From NCBI GenBank assembly GCA_965645245.1, contig OZ287072.1, positions 2,294,001 to 2,358,000 on the forward strand: a stretch of 64,000 nucleotides of DNA, written 5' to 3'. Below are positions 34,945-46,284 of the stretch, in pieces. The notes under the pieces were generated by a model, which saw only the letters and a program-made list of their open reading frames with translations, did no database searches and had not been told where the DNA came from. Origin of the DNA: Massalongia carnosa (lineage: Eukaryota). The position numbers and the translations under genes are program-made. The first letter of the stretch is position 1; each line of letters starts with the position of its first letter.

Positions 34945-37113
34945 GAAGATTTCCCGAGGAAATGCCGCACCCGACGAAATGCCGCATCTTCTCACTTTCC
35001 AACCATTACTTTCAGACATGAATAAATCCACCCTCAACGCTCGTATCGAGCTCGCAATTGCTGATCTGAATCAGCAAGATCAGCCTAACCTCAGGGGGAC
35101 AGCTAAAAGGTTTAACCTAGTCGAAAGTACCCTCCGGAGGCGCTGGAAAGGCCAAACGGTGTCCCAAAAGGCAGCCGCGTCAAAATACAAGCAACGACTT
35201 ACCTTGGCCCAGGAAGAGGCCTTAATTCAGCAAATCAATCGCCTTGTCGATCGTGGACTGCCCCCAACCGCCAGAATTGTACGAAACCTAGCGGAGGAGG
35301 TGATAGGAGGGCCTGTAGGGAAGAACTGGACAGGGGATTTTGTCCGCCGATACAAGGATAGGCTTAAAAGTCTTTATCTTCGAAATATGGATAGCCAGCG
35401 TATAAAATCTGAGTATCCGCCTTTATTTAAGCAATTCTACGATTTGGTAGCGTGTTAACTACCCATTCCTATTTGTTGAATATTAATTATGATCGAAAAT
35501 AACTAATGTTTCTATTAGCTAATCGCCGGTGTCGAAAAATACAATATCACGAGGGAAAACCTTTACAATTGGGACGAAAAGGGCTTTGTGACTGGCCAAG
35601 CAAGCGCCACGCAACGTATCATGTCGCTAGAGGCCCTTGAATCAGGGCGGATCACACATGCAAGCCAGGACGGGAATAGGGAGTTTATCAGCCTCCTTGC
35701 TTGTATCGGGGCCGACGGAACCGCTTTACCTCCTGCCTTGATCTATAAAGGCGACTCTGGCATACTCCAGGATACATGGGTTGAGGATGTAAATCCTAAT
35801 GACGAGGCGTTCTTTGCAGTATCGGCGAAAGGATGGAGTTGTGATATCCTTGGCCTAAATTGGCTAGAGCAGGTTTTTCAGCGTTATACGAAGCAAAAGG
35901 CTAGAAATAGAAGACGTTTACTGATAGTAGACGGTCATTCTAGCCACGTGAATCTTAAGTTTATCGATAAATGCGATAACTTACGTATTCTTCTCCTGAT
36001 TCTACCTTCGCACTCTACGCATCGTTTACAGCCTCTGGACGTTTCTCTATTCGCGCCGTTAGCAACGTTCTATACCAATGGGCTGAATAGACTAATGTTC
36101 GAGAGTCTAGGCATGATAAACATGTCAAAAAGAGCCTTTTGGAGCGTTTTCTTCCCTGCATGGCAGCAGGCATTTTCGGAGGAAAAAATTACTTCTGCCT
36201 TCGAAAAAACCGGTATTTGGCCTTACAATCCGAGCCTTATACTAAATGTTATCACACCACAGATAATCGAGGCTCCTTCTCAGTCGCCAAAAACACCAAT
36301 GACAAGCCGTGCTATTCGCCGTACGCAGCGAGCGTACGATATTGCGCCTACAAATTTATTACTAGCAAAGATCTTCCGGGCTAACGAACGCCTTGCTGCC
36401 CAGGACTCTATCAACAAATACGTGATCAAAGGGCTCTGCAATACCCTTCAGGACGAAAAGAAGAGGAGGAAGAGAGGTAAACGGCTTAATTTAGTTGGGG
36501 AAGAGGACTCAGGCCCTCAATTCTTTAGTCCTAGGCGAGTACAGGCTGCCAGGGAATTTCAAGCAGCAAAAGAGGAAGAAGAAGCACAACGCCAGCTAGA
36601 TATTAGCGAGAAGCGACGACAAGCTACTGCTAAAAGGTTACAGAAAGAAGAGGAGAAGCTAGAAAAGGTAGCAATCGCTCTAGAGAAGCGGCGATTGACT
36701 GCAGAAGCAAAGGTAGCAAAGGCCGCTGAGAAGCAGGCTCAGAAGGAGTTACGTAAAACAGCAAACAGATATCCTAAGGGACAGCTCGGGCAGCAGAAGC
36801 AGTATACAGGGTCTAATAAAGTTCAAAAGACTCGAAAGAAGAAGGTAAAGCCGCCTACTCGTGTTATTATCGCTAAAGAGGTAGAGGAGGTGGTTTTAAC
36901 TACCTCGACTGGAAGAAGGGTCCAGCGCCCAGGGCGTTTTGCTATGTAAGGTTTTTAAGGTCGGATATCGTGTATATACTTTCTATTTATACTATATTTA
37001 ATACACATTCCATTAATCGTTGTAGTTGTTGATCAACGACGAAAACAATATTCTAATGCCGAATTGTAAAGTGCGGCATTTCGCCGGGCGCGGCATTTCC
37101 TCGGGAAATCTTC
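34945..37113 (+). mobile_element. pogo/Fot1-type DNA transposon 3
   Basis: ~42-bp TIR GAAGATTTCCCGAGGAAATGCCGC...; TA TSD at 34943-34944 and 37114-37115. Confidence 0.95.
35018..36949 (+). CDS. DDE transposase with one predicted intron (35447-35518)
   Basis: HTH exon, GT...CTAAT...TAG intron, then LYNWDEKGF, VDGHSSH, LQPLDVSLF; splicing gives a continuous frame. Confidence 0.88.
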
Positions 37114-38820
37114 TACATGGAAAAGGAGAAGGAGAACAATCATCGGGTTTGGACTGACACTACTGACTCGGAAATTGAGGTTTTTTGGGCATATTAATTC
37201 TTATGGGACTCGATCATCTACCTGCTACAGAGGATTATTGGAATCAACGTCCTGACAAACCAGTTATCATGCCTATTCTGTCCGCGATGTCGCTTGGTCG
37301 ATTTCAACAAATCAAACGATTTTTGAAAATCAATAATGGACAGACTGAGCCTATCGGACTTGGTCAAGGACCTGATTGGTGGAAGAAACTGGAACCGTTG
37401 GCTACTGATTTCCGAAAGACTTCATTGAAACATTGCAGACCAGGAAGTATGATATCTATAGATGAACAGCTGGTGTTATTCAAGGGCCGTTCTCGACATA
37501 CCTTGCAGATTACTACAAAAAGTGCCCATAAAGGATTTAAAATCTACAGTCTCTGTCAGGATAATTATCTGTTGTCATTTATGTTTGCCTCGAAGAGTAG
37601 CAGAATAAGTGAATTGAAAACAGTCAGACAATTGGGATTTTTGCCAAAAGATAAACTAACTCCTAGTGCTTTGCTAGTGATTCAGTTATGTAAAGAACTT
37701 CCATCCTCACTGAATTATCATCTTTTCTGTGATAATTTCTTTACTAGTACGAAATTATTCAAGGCACTTCGATCAATCGGAATAGCTGCCAGTGGAACTG
37801 CTAAAAAGGGCTCGGGCTTTCCAGAAGAATTGTTGGCCATACGGGACGTCACTTCAAAAGGAAAAGACTGGGGTCTTCAGGCCCATATGGTGGTCGACGA
37901 TAAGGTGCTTTGTATGGGCTGGGTGGATAATAATGGTGTGCAGTACATGACCACCGGTCATTCTCCTCAGGACTTGTACGAAATGCACTATATAAATCCG
38001 CACAAGAGATATGGAATTCCCGAGACCTCTCTTCAACCTATTGTATCGTATTTCCCATCAACTCTGGCTCACTCCATTCCCTTGCTCAATCAAGAGGTTC
38101 AACGGCCCTTAGGATTACCGATACCAGCCCCAATCAAAGAATATAATCTTCATATGGGGGGATCGGATGGAAACGCTCAGCAACGAGCGATTTACTCATA
38201 CAATCGTCGAACGGATCGTTACTGGTGGCCTTTGTTCATTTTTATTTTAGATGCAGCCGGATTGAATGCCTATAAACTTTACTCGCTGAACTCTTTCGAT
38301 TCCGACGAGATAAAATTTACTCGTTCTGAATTTCTTCGTCGGATTGCTCTTGAACTGATATCAAATCAAGCGGGCATCAGGCCCGGCTCATCAAAGATAA
38401 GCATCAATACCACGATTGATGCTTTAGTACCATCTCCCATTCATCATTACGTTCGTCTTGAAGGCAGAAAAAGATGTGTGCAATGTAACGCCGAGAAAAA
38501 ACGACCTTCAAAGCGGAAGGGAGAGCCACTGGCTGAAATAAGTGTCGATGGGCGTAAAAGAAGGCGAAGGGGTGCTCAGACTATATGGGCTTGTGGAGGA
38601 TGTAATCCAATCAGGCCCTGCTGTAAGAAAGCCAGCTGTTGGGAAGCTATTCATATGATAGGGGACGAGTAAATAGGTATCTGATACTCCGTACAACTTC
38701 TTGTGAATAGGAATAACATTGATTGGTCAAAAGTTTAAGGTTTAGCGCTTTCTAACCAACAATGGTTTAGCTTGGGGGGGGGTGCTAGAATGACAGCGAG
38801 AGGGATAAAGTCTATGTGGT

Positions 38821-39006
38821 TGTTACAGCGGTACTCAGTACTGCTAGCCAGCGGGCGCAATACATGAGCGCCTAAGGAGGTACGGTGACGTACCGGGCGC
38901 GGGGCACCTATATGTAGTGTAATAAGCGGTAGTGTCTCTATAGGAGAATTACCATAGTAGCCTTTTGGCTCAGTGGCTTAGGTGACTTATTACCACCCCT
39001 GTTACA
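38821..39006. mobile_element. Small solo LTR (186 bp)
   Basis: TG...CA termini with TSD GTGGT inside the host LTR. Confidence 0.85.
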
Positions 39007-39579
39007 GTGGTTTCCCAGGTGTTTAGAGCTCTTCATCGGACGTCTTGTGTATTATTCTCAACTTCTAGTTTTAGCATATCTAGATATCCGCTCTGCAAGA
39101 TAGAGTCTTGTATCTCTCCAGCCCTCCCCTGACATAAGTTATGACTCTGAATTTAATCAAAATATTCATGTAAAGGTAATCATCATAATAAATGTCCATT
39201 GAGATATGCGAGCAAGCTCGTCTATATACAGCTAATCTAGACTAGTCCCAATCTGGACCTGCTCCTATCATGGGAACCAAAGAGTTAAGCCGGGCTTATC
39301 ACGGAGATAAGCAAGTGTCAGAGTACGAAAGCATGCTATGTTATATTATCGTGACAATTCAAGTCAAAGCCGCGTAATATTCGGATTTTTTCTTCCTTGC
39401 GACATGATTAATTCTGTCGTCTTATTAAATGTGGCAAGTTTTAACGCATCATTAAAATCGATCGTCGCGAGAAACTAAATGGGAAGATTATTTGAGCCTC
39501 GGGTTTAAATTTAACTCTGATCTGCGTTCCTGCAATATACTTGACTATCGTCACGAGTCAAGGCATCTTCGTGATATCT

Positions 39580-42500
39580 TCTGAGGCTTTTTGCCCTGAT
39601 GATCAGTTGAGATGATTTACGTCTTGACCAGATGAGGTGAAATGAATGGCATTGATCTATAGATGATTTTCTAGCTAGGTATGCCGCCAGGGGATAGATC
39701 AAGAGATGTCCCCGAAGGAAGAAAGAATGTGGGGGATGAAGAATTTTTACCTGTGCCGTGGTGGCAATGTCATGTAACGGGCATGTGACGGGCCCGTTGA
39801 CCAATGTTGGTTAATGCCAGTATAGCTGACATTTGACACACCCCCTTGATGAAGATCATCTGCAATGATCTTTATCATCCTTCTTTTATATCTTCATGAT
39901 GTTGCCCTTTCAGGCCTAGTAATTTGACAAATGAAGCATGCCTTTGAGGCGGCAATGCCTTCGTCAATCCATCTGCCAGAATTGTGGCAGTGGGCACCCA
40001 TTGAATTTTGATTCGATCCTTTGCAATTTCTTGGCGGAGCCAATGTTTATGGATGTCGACATGGCGAAGCTTGGTCACCAGTTTATTTTCCGTCAGTGCC
40101 CTGATTGTCTGCCGATTGTCGCATTGAATGTTTGGCATCATCTGCAAATCTAGATTTATCTCTTGAAAAAGACGCGTCCACCAGATGAGCTCCTTTCCTG
40201 CCGATGAGATGGCGAGCAATTCCGCTTCCGTACTGCTAGTGGTGACCGTCTTCTGCTTTGACGCCTTCCAATCTATCATTCCACTAAATAGCTTGAATCC
40301 GTATCCCTGGGAGCTATATCTGGTCGCGGGGTCATCGGCAAATGAGGCGTCGCTGCTTGCTAAAAAGATGGTTTGGTCAGAAGAAGAATGGTCAGAGTTT
40401 CCGAAAAAATCAGAAGAGTTAAACCAAATGGTCAATGTTTTGGAATGCCCTAAATATTTCAGGGTCCGAATGGCAGCTTCGGAATGGCATTTAGATGGGT
40501 TGGTTAGAAATTCCGACAGTTTGGAAGCTGCAAATGCGACGTCCGGGCGGGTTATTACTGCGGCGAAATTGATGGATCCAACTATTTGCTGGTAGGCATG
40601 GATTTCCTGATTTGTTGCCTGACCAGAATTTCTGACCAATTGCATTCCTGATCCGTATGGTAAAGGTGTCGCCGGTCCCTTATTTTCTAGATTAATGCTG
40701 ACATTGAATTTTGAAATTATCTTTTCAATGTAGGACTGCTGAGACAGCCATAAAAGTCCGTTTTCGCGTTTCCTAGAGATCTGAATTCCTAGGAACCATT
40801 CTAATTCTCCTAAATGTCGCATTTCAAAACGGTCAAATAGCTGCGTCTGAAAAACGTCAGCTTAATTGGTCCAACGACGATCGTATAGAAGAACGATGTC
40901 ATCTACGAAGAAGAAAAGAAGAAAATGCTTGTCCCGACTGATGAAGAGACAATCTGCTCCTGGTATCGGCTCAAAATTCATTCCGATTAGTGCTTCCGAT
41001 AAAAGACGATACCATAAGGCTGGAGATTGTTTTAGTCCATACAGAGCCCTTTGTAGAAGCAGCAAAATGCCGCTATCTTTTGGCCATCCCTCAGGTGGCT
41101 TACAATAGATGGGCTCATCTATAGGACTATTGGCAAATGCATTTATGGCGTCATACTGTCGCGTCTCCAAATCGAATGTTGCTACAATTGCCATTAATGC
41201 TCGGAAAATGCGAGCTGCCAAAGTGGCGGCGTAGGTGTCTTGGTCAGTCTTCTGAAAATCACCCCTAGCCACTAAGCGAGCTTTGTATTTGGTCAAATAT
41301 CCCTCTTCGTCGAATTTATATTTGAAAATCCACATAGTAGGAATGATGACATTATCTTTCGAAATAACCTCATTTGTAGGATTTTCCTTCCAAGTGCCCT
41401 TTGCTTCCAAAGCTTTTATTTCCGGTTTGATTGCTTCCTGAAATCCGGCGGAATGAGAATGTTTCAGCATTTGACCGAAATGCTTTGGTTCCGCAGGTAG
41501 GGAATCTCTATGTAGGCGATGCTGAGAAAATTTAGTAAAGAATGATGATTTTGCAAATGCTGCAAATGAGGAATGAAAGGAGATAACTTCTCCATTTTCG
41601 GCATCTTTCAAGGCAGCGAAATAAGCCTGTTTTCTGCCTTTTCTTTCCCGTCTCACCCCCTCAGGCAAGATATTTGCCTGGTCCAATTCTAGACCAATCA
41701 CTTTCTTCTCTTTTTGAGATGGTTTAGGGTCAGGTGGCGAGGTTGCTTCAGATGGTAAGGGAGATGGCAAATATTCGAATGTTTTGCCTTTTGCTGAGTC
41801 ATGTGATGCGGAGTCATTTGCGGAGTCATTTGCGGAGTCATTTGGGGAATTGCCAGATGCTGGCATTTGCCCTTTTTCTATAGATTTGTTGAATAGGTCT
41901 ATGACTATGGCTATATGACTATGTAAAGATAGGGGCCTGTATGACCATGATGTTAAGGATGCAGAGTTGCTACGGAGTGCAGAGCAATCTGTTCCTTTTA
42001 TCTTGGTCACCTCTGCTAAGCGAGATGATAATAGTTTATCCGAGCCTCTATGCGCTTAGATTAGATCTGATATTATCTAATCTATCGGCTAGGCAATGCT
42101 GGTAGAAGTTGAACATTCAACAAGATTGCTGGTTTTGCTCCGCATGCAGATTTATCTCATCTTCTAAATCTGATTCCACCTCGGTAATTCGCGCCAAATC
42201 AGTAAGAAGATTCGGAATTTCAAACGTCTCTGGTAATGGCAGCATTGGCTCGGAAATTACCTGCACGACATCTATGTCATGAGGATCGTATCTAGTGCTG
42301 TCATCGAAAATAACGTCTCTAGTCCGAATTACCTTCCGCTGAGATGGTATCCAAATGCAAAAAATGTTGCGAGCATCATAACCAACTAAATGTCCGATGT
42401 GAGCTCTTTCTTTCAACTTTTCCTTCTTCGAAATTTGCTTATTTAAGGCATAAGCTTTGCAGCCATAAACATGTAAATGTGCTAAGTTTGGACGGGTCCT

Positions 42501-45111
42501 GTGGACTATCTGGTATGGCGTTTTCCATTGATGTTTTCCCATAGGAGTCCGATTTGCTATATAGCCGGCAGTCCGAAAAATTTCCGGCCAAAGAAATGTA
42601 GGAAGATTTGCATCCATCCGCATAGCACGTGCTTTTAGGGTCAAAATTCCCCCTTTTCTTTCTGAGTGCCCATTCTGCTCCGGCGAATGAGGTGCAGATG
42701 GTTCGTAAGTAATCCCCTTTTCTATAAGTAGCCGTCAGTCCGAAAGAAGACTACTTTTCCATTGAATCTAGTCTCGATCAAATTAAGTGCCTCTTTTACT
42801 ATCCGCGTCGCATCTGATTTCTTTGGATGAGGTAAAACCATGTTAAAATCATTCCAATGGCAGGCGAAATGAGAGACCCATTCATCTTTGTTATAGGCAG
42901 GGTTCAATGGGATTAAGTCGTATGTGATTCGATGAAAAGGTAGGGCTGCCGTTTCGGCATTTTCCGCTGACCTAGAGATGATTCGGTGCATTTTGAAAGT
43001 GCGCATGTTTCGCACTCATTGGTTTTGGGAATTGTAGGGGCAGCTGCTGAATCAGCAATCTTCACTCCCTCAGCTGATGCCTGTAAATGCTGAATGGCGT
43101 CATTTGACGCATGTGCCAACATCTGATGCCATTGATAGGAAGGTGCAGATTTGGCATTTTCTTTCTCTTTAGCTGCAGCGGAATTTTGCCCTGTTGCAAA
43201 TGACTGATTGAACACCCCCTCAGTGTTGTCTTCCAGTAAGAAGTGCCCATTTAGTGGTTTAACCCATGCGACAGTCTTTCCTTCCCTATGCAGGTGCATT
43301 TTCCAATCGTCAAAGTGTACCCCTTTTACATTGAATAAATGCTGAGCGACGACATTTGTCATGAATCTAGGGACGTAGGCGACGTCGACTAATGTAATTA
43401 TCCATGGTCCAGATGGGGCAGGAATGTTGATTCTGATGGTTCCGTAGAATTCTATTTTTAGGTAGTTGGCACCGGCTGCCAAATAGTCATCTTTTGATGC
43501 ATCTCGCGTCTTCACTATACGCGATTTCATGGTCTCATTGCAAATGTGCCGATTGGATCCATTATCTAGAATCCATGACCCCTTGATGACTAAGCTATTT
43601 GCCGCTGAAAAGGAAGTGCTGCAAAAAGCTGCAAAGGTGGCATTTCCACCCTCCGGTATCGTGTTATTTTTCTGCCCTTTCTGATCCTGATTCTTTTGCC
43701 CCTGATTATTCTGACTAGTCCTAGCTTTTTCTTTGCAGGTTTGTATGGATTTTTCCACCTTCTCCCGGAATGCCTTATCCTTCATAGCGTCATCGATTGG
43801 GGATTGGATTTCGGGACTCGTTTTGAAATTGTGCGGTCGGCGGGGATAGTCAGGCACTAGGTGCCAGCAATGACCGAGGGCATGATCTTTGCCGCAAATG
43901 CAAGGTGGTCTAGCCGGTCGCTGACCATTGAATGTAGGTCCCTGATTAGATGAGGAAGACTGGTTGGAATTAGCAGAAAAGGCGGAATGGGACTCCCCTT
44001 TTTCAGCTTTTTGATACCGGACGAATTGTCGGAATTCTTCCAGCAATTTATAGAAGTCCATGTCCAGCTCCCTATTTAGATTGATCAGCATGGTATCGGC
44101 AAAGTTAGTCTCCTTTTCCCGAATGGCCATGAGAAAGTGTCGATGAGCTCGTTGCCCCTCTGCCTCAAAAAGCTTATTATTGATGGCGTCAGTGTATGTC
44201 CTCTGCCACTGCTCGATGTATGTCTCCAAATTTTGATTTCCTGGTCCCTTTTTGAGCTTCTCGTATTTGGTCTCAATGTCCCGAATTTGGGCGGCATCAG
44301 ATGGAGCAATTCTTTGCTTCAGTGCCGTCAGTATTTTCCATGGATGTCCTCTTTTTTGGTTTATGTCTTCCAAATAAACGCCGTATTCGGTCGACAGACT
44401 TTCTAGAATGTTGGATGTCAGCTCAGTTAGTGCTGCTTTTCGAACTTTGTATTCGTCCAATTTTAATCTGTATAGCTGAGTTTTCAGTTGAAGCATTTGA
44501 TACTTTCCTGCGTCAACTTCATCATCATCATTTTCCGAGATTGGAAAATTTGGTATCTCTGGCCGTTTTAACGACTCCTTAAATGGCTCATTCGGGTTAA
44601 CCTCATCCCAAAGTTCTAGACTTTCTGCCTTTATTTGGATGAAGGAAAACCATGTTCTCCAGTCGGCCGATTTTGCCAAGACGATTTTTCTGGGCGATGC
44701 CGACATTGCTGATATTGTATTTCGAAAAAGGGCTGATTTCGAAAAATGCTGAAGGTGCCAAGTGATGGCTTCTGAATAAGTGCCAAAAGGTGACTTTTTT
44801 AAAGATTCAAGAAGTGGTCAAGACGATGGAAGCGAGAATCCGGGCTCATAACTCTGAGGCTTTTTGCCCTGATGATCAGTTGAGATGATTTACGTCTTGA
44901 CCAGATGAGGTGAAATGAATGGCATTGATCTATAGATGATTTTCTAGCTAGGTATGCCGCCAGGGGATAGATCAAGAGATGTCCCCGAAGGAAGAAAGAA
45001 TGTGGGGGATGAAGAAATTTTACTTGTGCCGCGGTGGCAATGTCATGTAACGGGCATGTGACGGGCCCGTTGACCAATGTTGGTTAATGCCAGTATAGCT
45101 GACATTTGACA
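39580..45111 (-). mobile_element. Full-length defective Ty1/Copia retrotransposon A
   Basis: 259-bp LTRs 39580-39838 and 44853-45111; TSD TATCT; PBS-like GTTATGAGCCC; purine tract next to the 3' LTR; gag-protease (WILDNGS), integrase, RT (YKARLVARG, FVDD), RNase H (TSSTEAE, ADGLTK); frameshift, stops and a nested solo LTR. Confidence 0.96.
41887..42122. mobile_element. Solo LTR nested in Copia A
   Basis: TGTTGAAT...ATTCAACA, TSD AGATT; near-identical to 15826-16033 apart from indels. Confidence 0.94.
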
Positions 45112-46284
45112 TATCTCTTCTTTCTTCGCCTCCTTGATGGTATATAACTCTGTTAAATGAACATTTGACGGCATAATATTGAAATTACTAAGGAAGTGAC
45201 TGCTTATCAGTCATGGCAGCCTGCAGGGCTGAGCTAGAACTAATAGGGCTAAGCGAGTATTCCAACATACTCTTCATTGATAATCAGCATTCCTGTGACG
45301 AAGCGAGATAGTGAATAGATTTCTACCATTGCGCCACCTGTCCTTCCCGACCAAAAGGCACAATACTTAATCCGCAGACTAAGCTCTATTCTACTATAAC
45401 TGGGACTCATGCTATGTTCGCTGTAGGTCCTGCCGTCCGCACCACGCTTGGTCGAACCGTTACAATTCCTGTCTTAAATCTCTTATTTCAAACTTTTCAA
45501 TCGAGGCATTAGGCTTTCTTGAGCCAAAGTTAGACATCCTAGAGGTCTACAGGGATTGATATGCCTGATAAAAACTATGAACGCCTCTGATCTGTGATTT
45601 TCGCTTATCCGCCAATAAGCTCTACATAAGTTGTTCGCATTCACAGGTCTTACATCAAAACCCAACTGTTATTAAGCTGTTCTGGAATGCTGGTTTCATG
45701 TGCAGGGCCGATAGCGAGGAGACAAAACAATTGTAAAGAGAAGAGGGAAGGAGAAAGAAGAAAATTGAAAGAAGGAGGAAGGCAGGCCAATATATATGCG
45801 ATGGGAAAGGGGCGAGGAGCTGAGCGGACGCGCGTTGCTCGTCGAGGGGACGCCAAACTCGAAAGGAAAAACTCTACTACGGAAATTATAAAAAGCATAA
45901 ATACAAAGAATACGAAAAATACAATTCATTAATTTTGACTTGAAAAGGTATTTAAAAAAGTTAAAACAAAACGTTGTGGAAGGATGAACTGGGTGGTGGG
46001 CGTGGTCCACTACTGCTAGGAGTGCAAGAGAACAAACAAACAAGAGAAGAACAGAACAATTGAATATAAACAATAGCTAGACTGATCACTGTATGCCTCG
46101 CGCCTCGTGCCTCATGCCTCGTGCCTGTGAACTGTATGTGTTGATGCTATGTATTGTAACTATGTGTTGTGTAGCTGTTGCTACGAGCATGCTTGCTCTA
46201 TGTCTAAAGGAAAATAACTATTATAACCAAAGACTGTCACCTGACTGTCCCGCAGGCCTTTGCCGAGAATCAGCCGGAAGGAAC

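Larger units (their letters stand above)
34670..38672 (+). pseudogene. piggyBac-type transposase, interrupted
   Basis: SIDEQLVLFKGR, FCDNFFTS, YNLHMGGSD and a C-terminal Cys-rich region; N-terminal part 34670-34944 separated by the pogo insertion; apparent 1-nt loss in the T run near 37181. Confidence 0.9.
34469..38804 (+). mobile_element. piggyBac-like DNA transposon carrying a nested pogo element
   Basis: ~37-bp TIR CCCTCTCGCTGTCATTCTAGCACCCCCC...CAAGCTA at both ends; flanked by AT rather than TTAA. Confidence 0.92.
34265..39134. mobile_element. Second solo LTR of the same family, inverted, split by a piggyBac element and another solo LTR
   Basis: 34265-34468, 38805-38820 and 39007-39134 reassemble into the reverse complement of 33791-34127; TSD TAAGT. 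Confidence 0.92.

Noticed and set aside
45120..46284. Short ORFs and a TGCCTCG 7-mer repeat between Copia A and B
   Set aside because: Low-complexity sequence with no recognisable domain or element ends.
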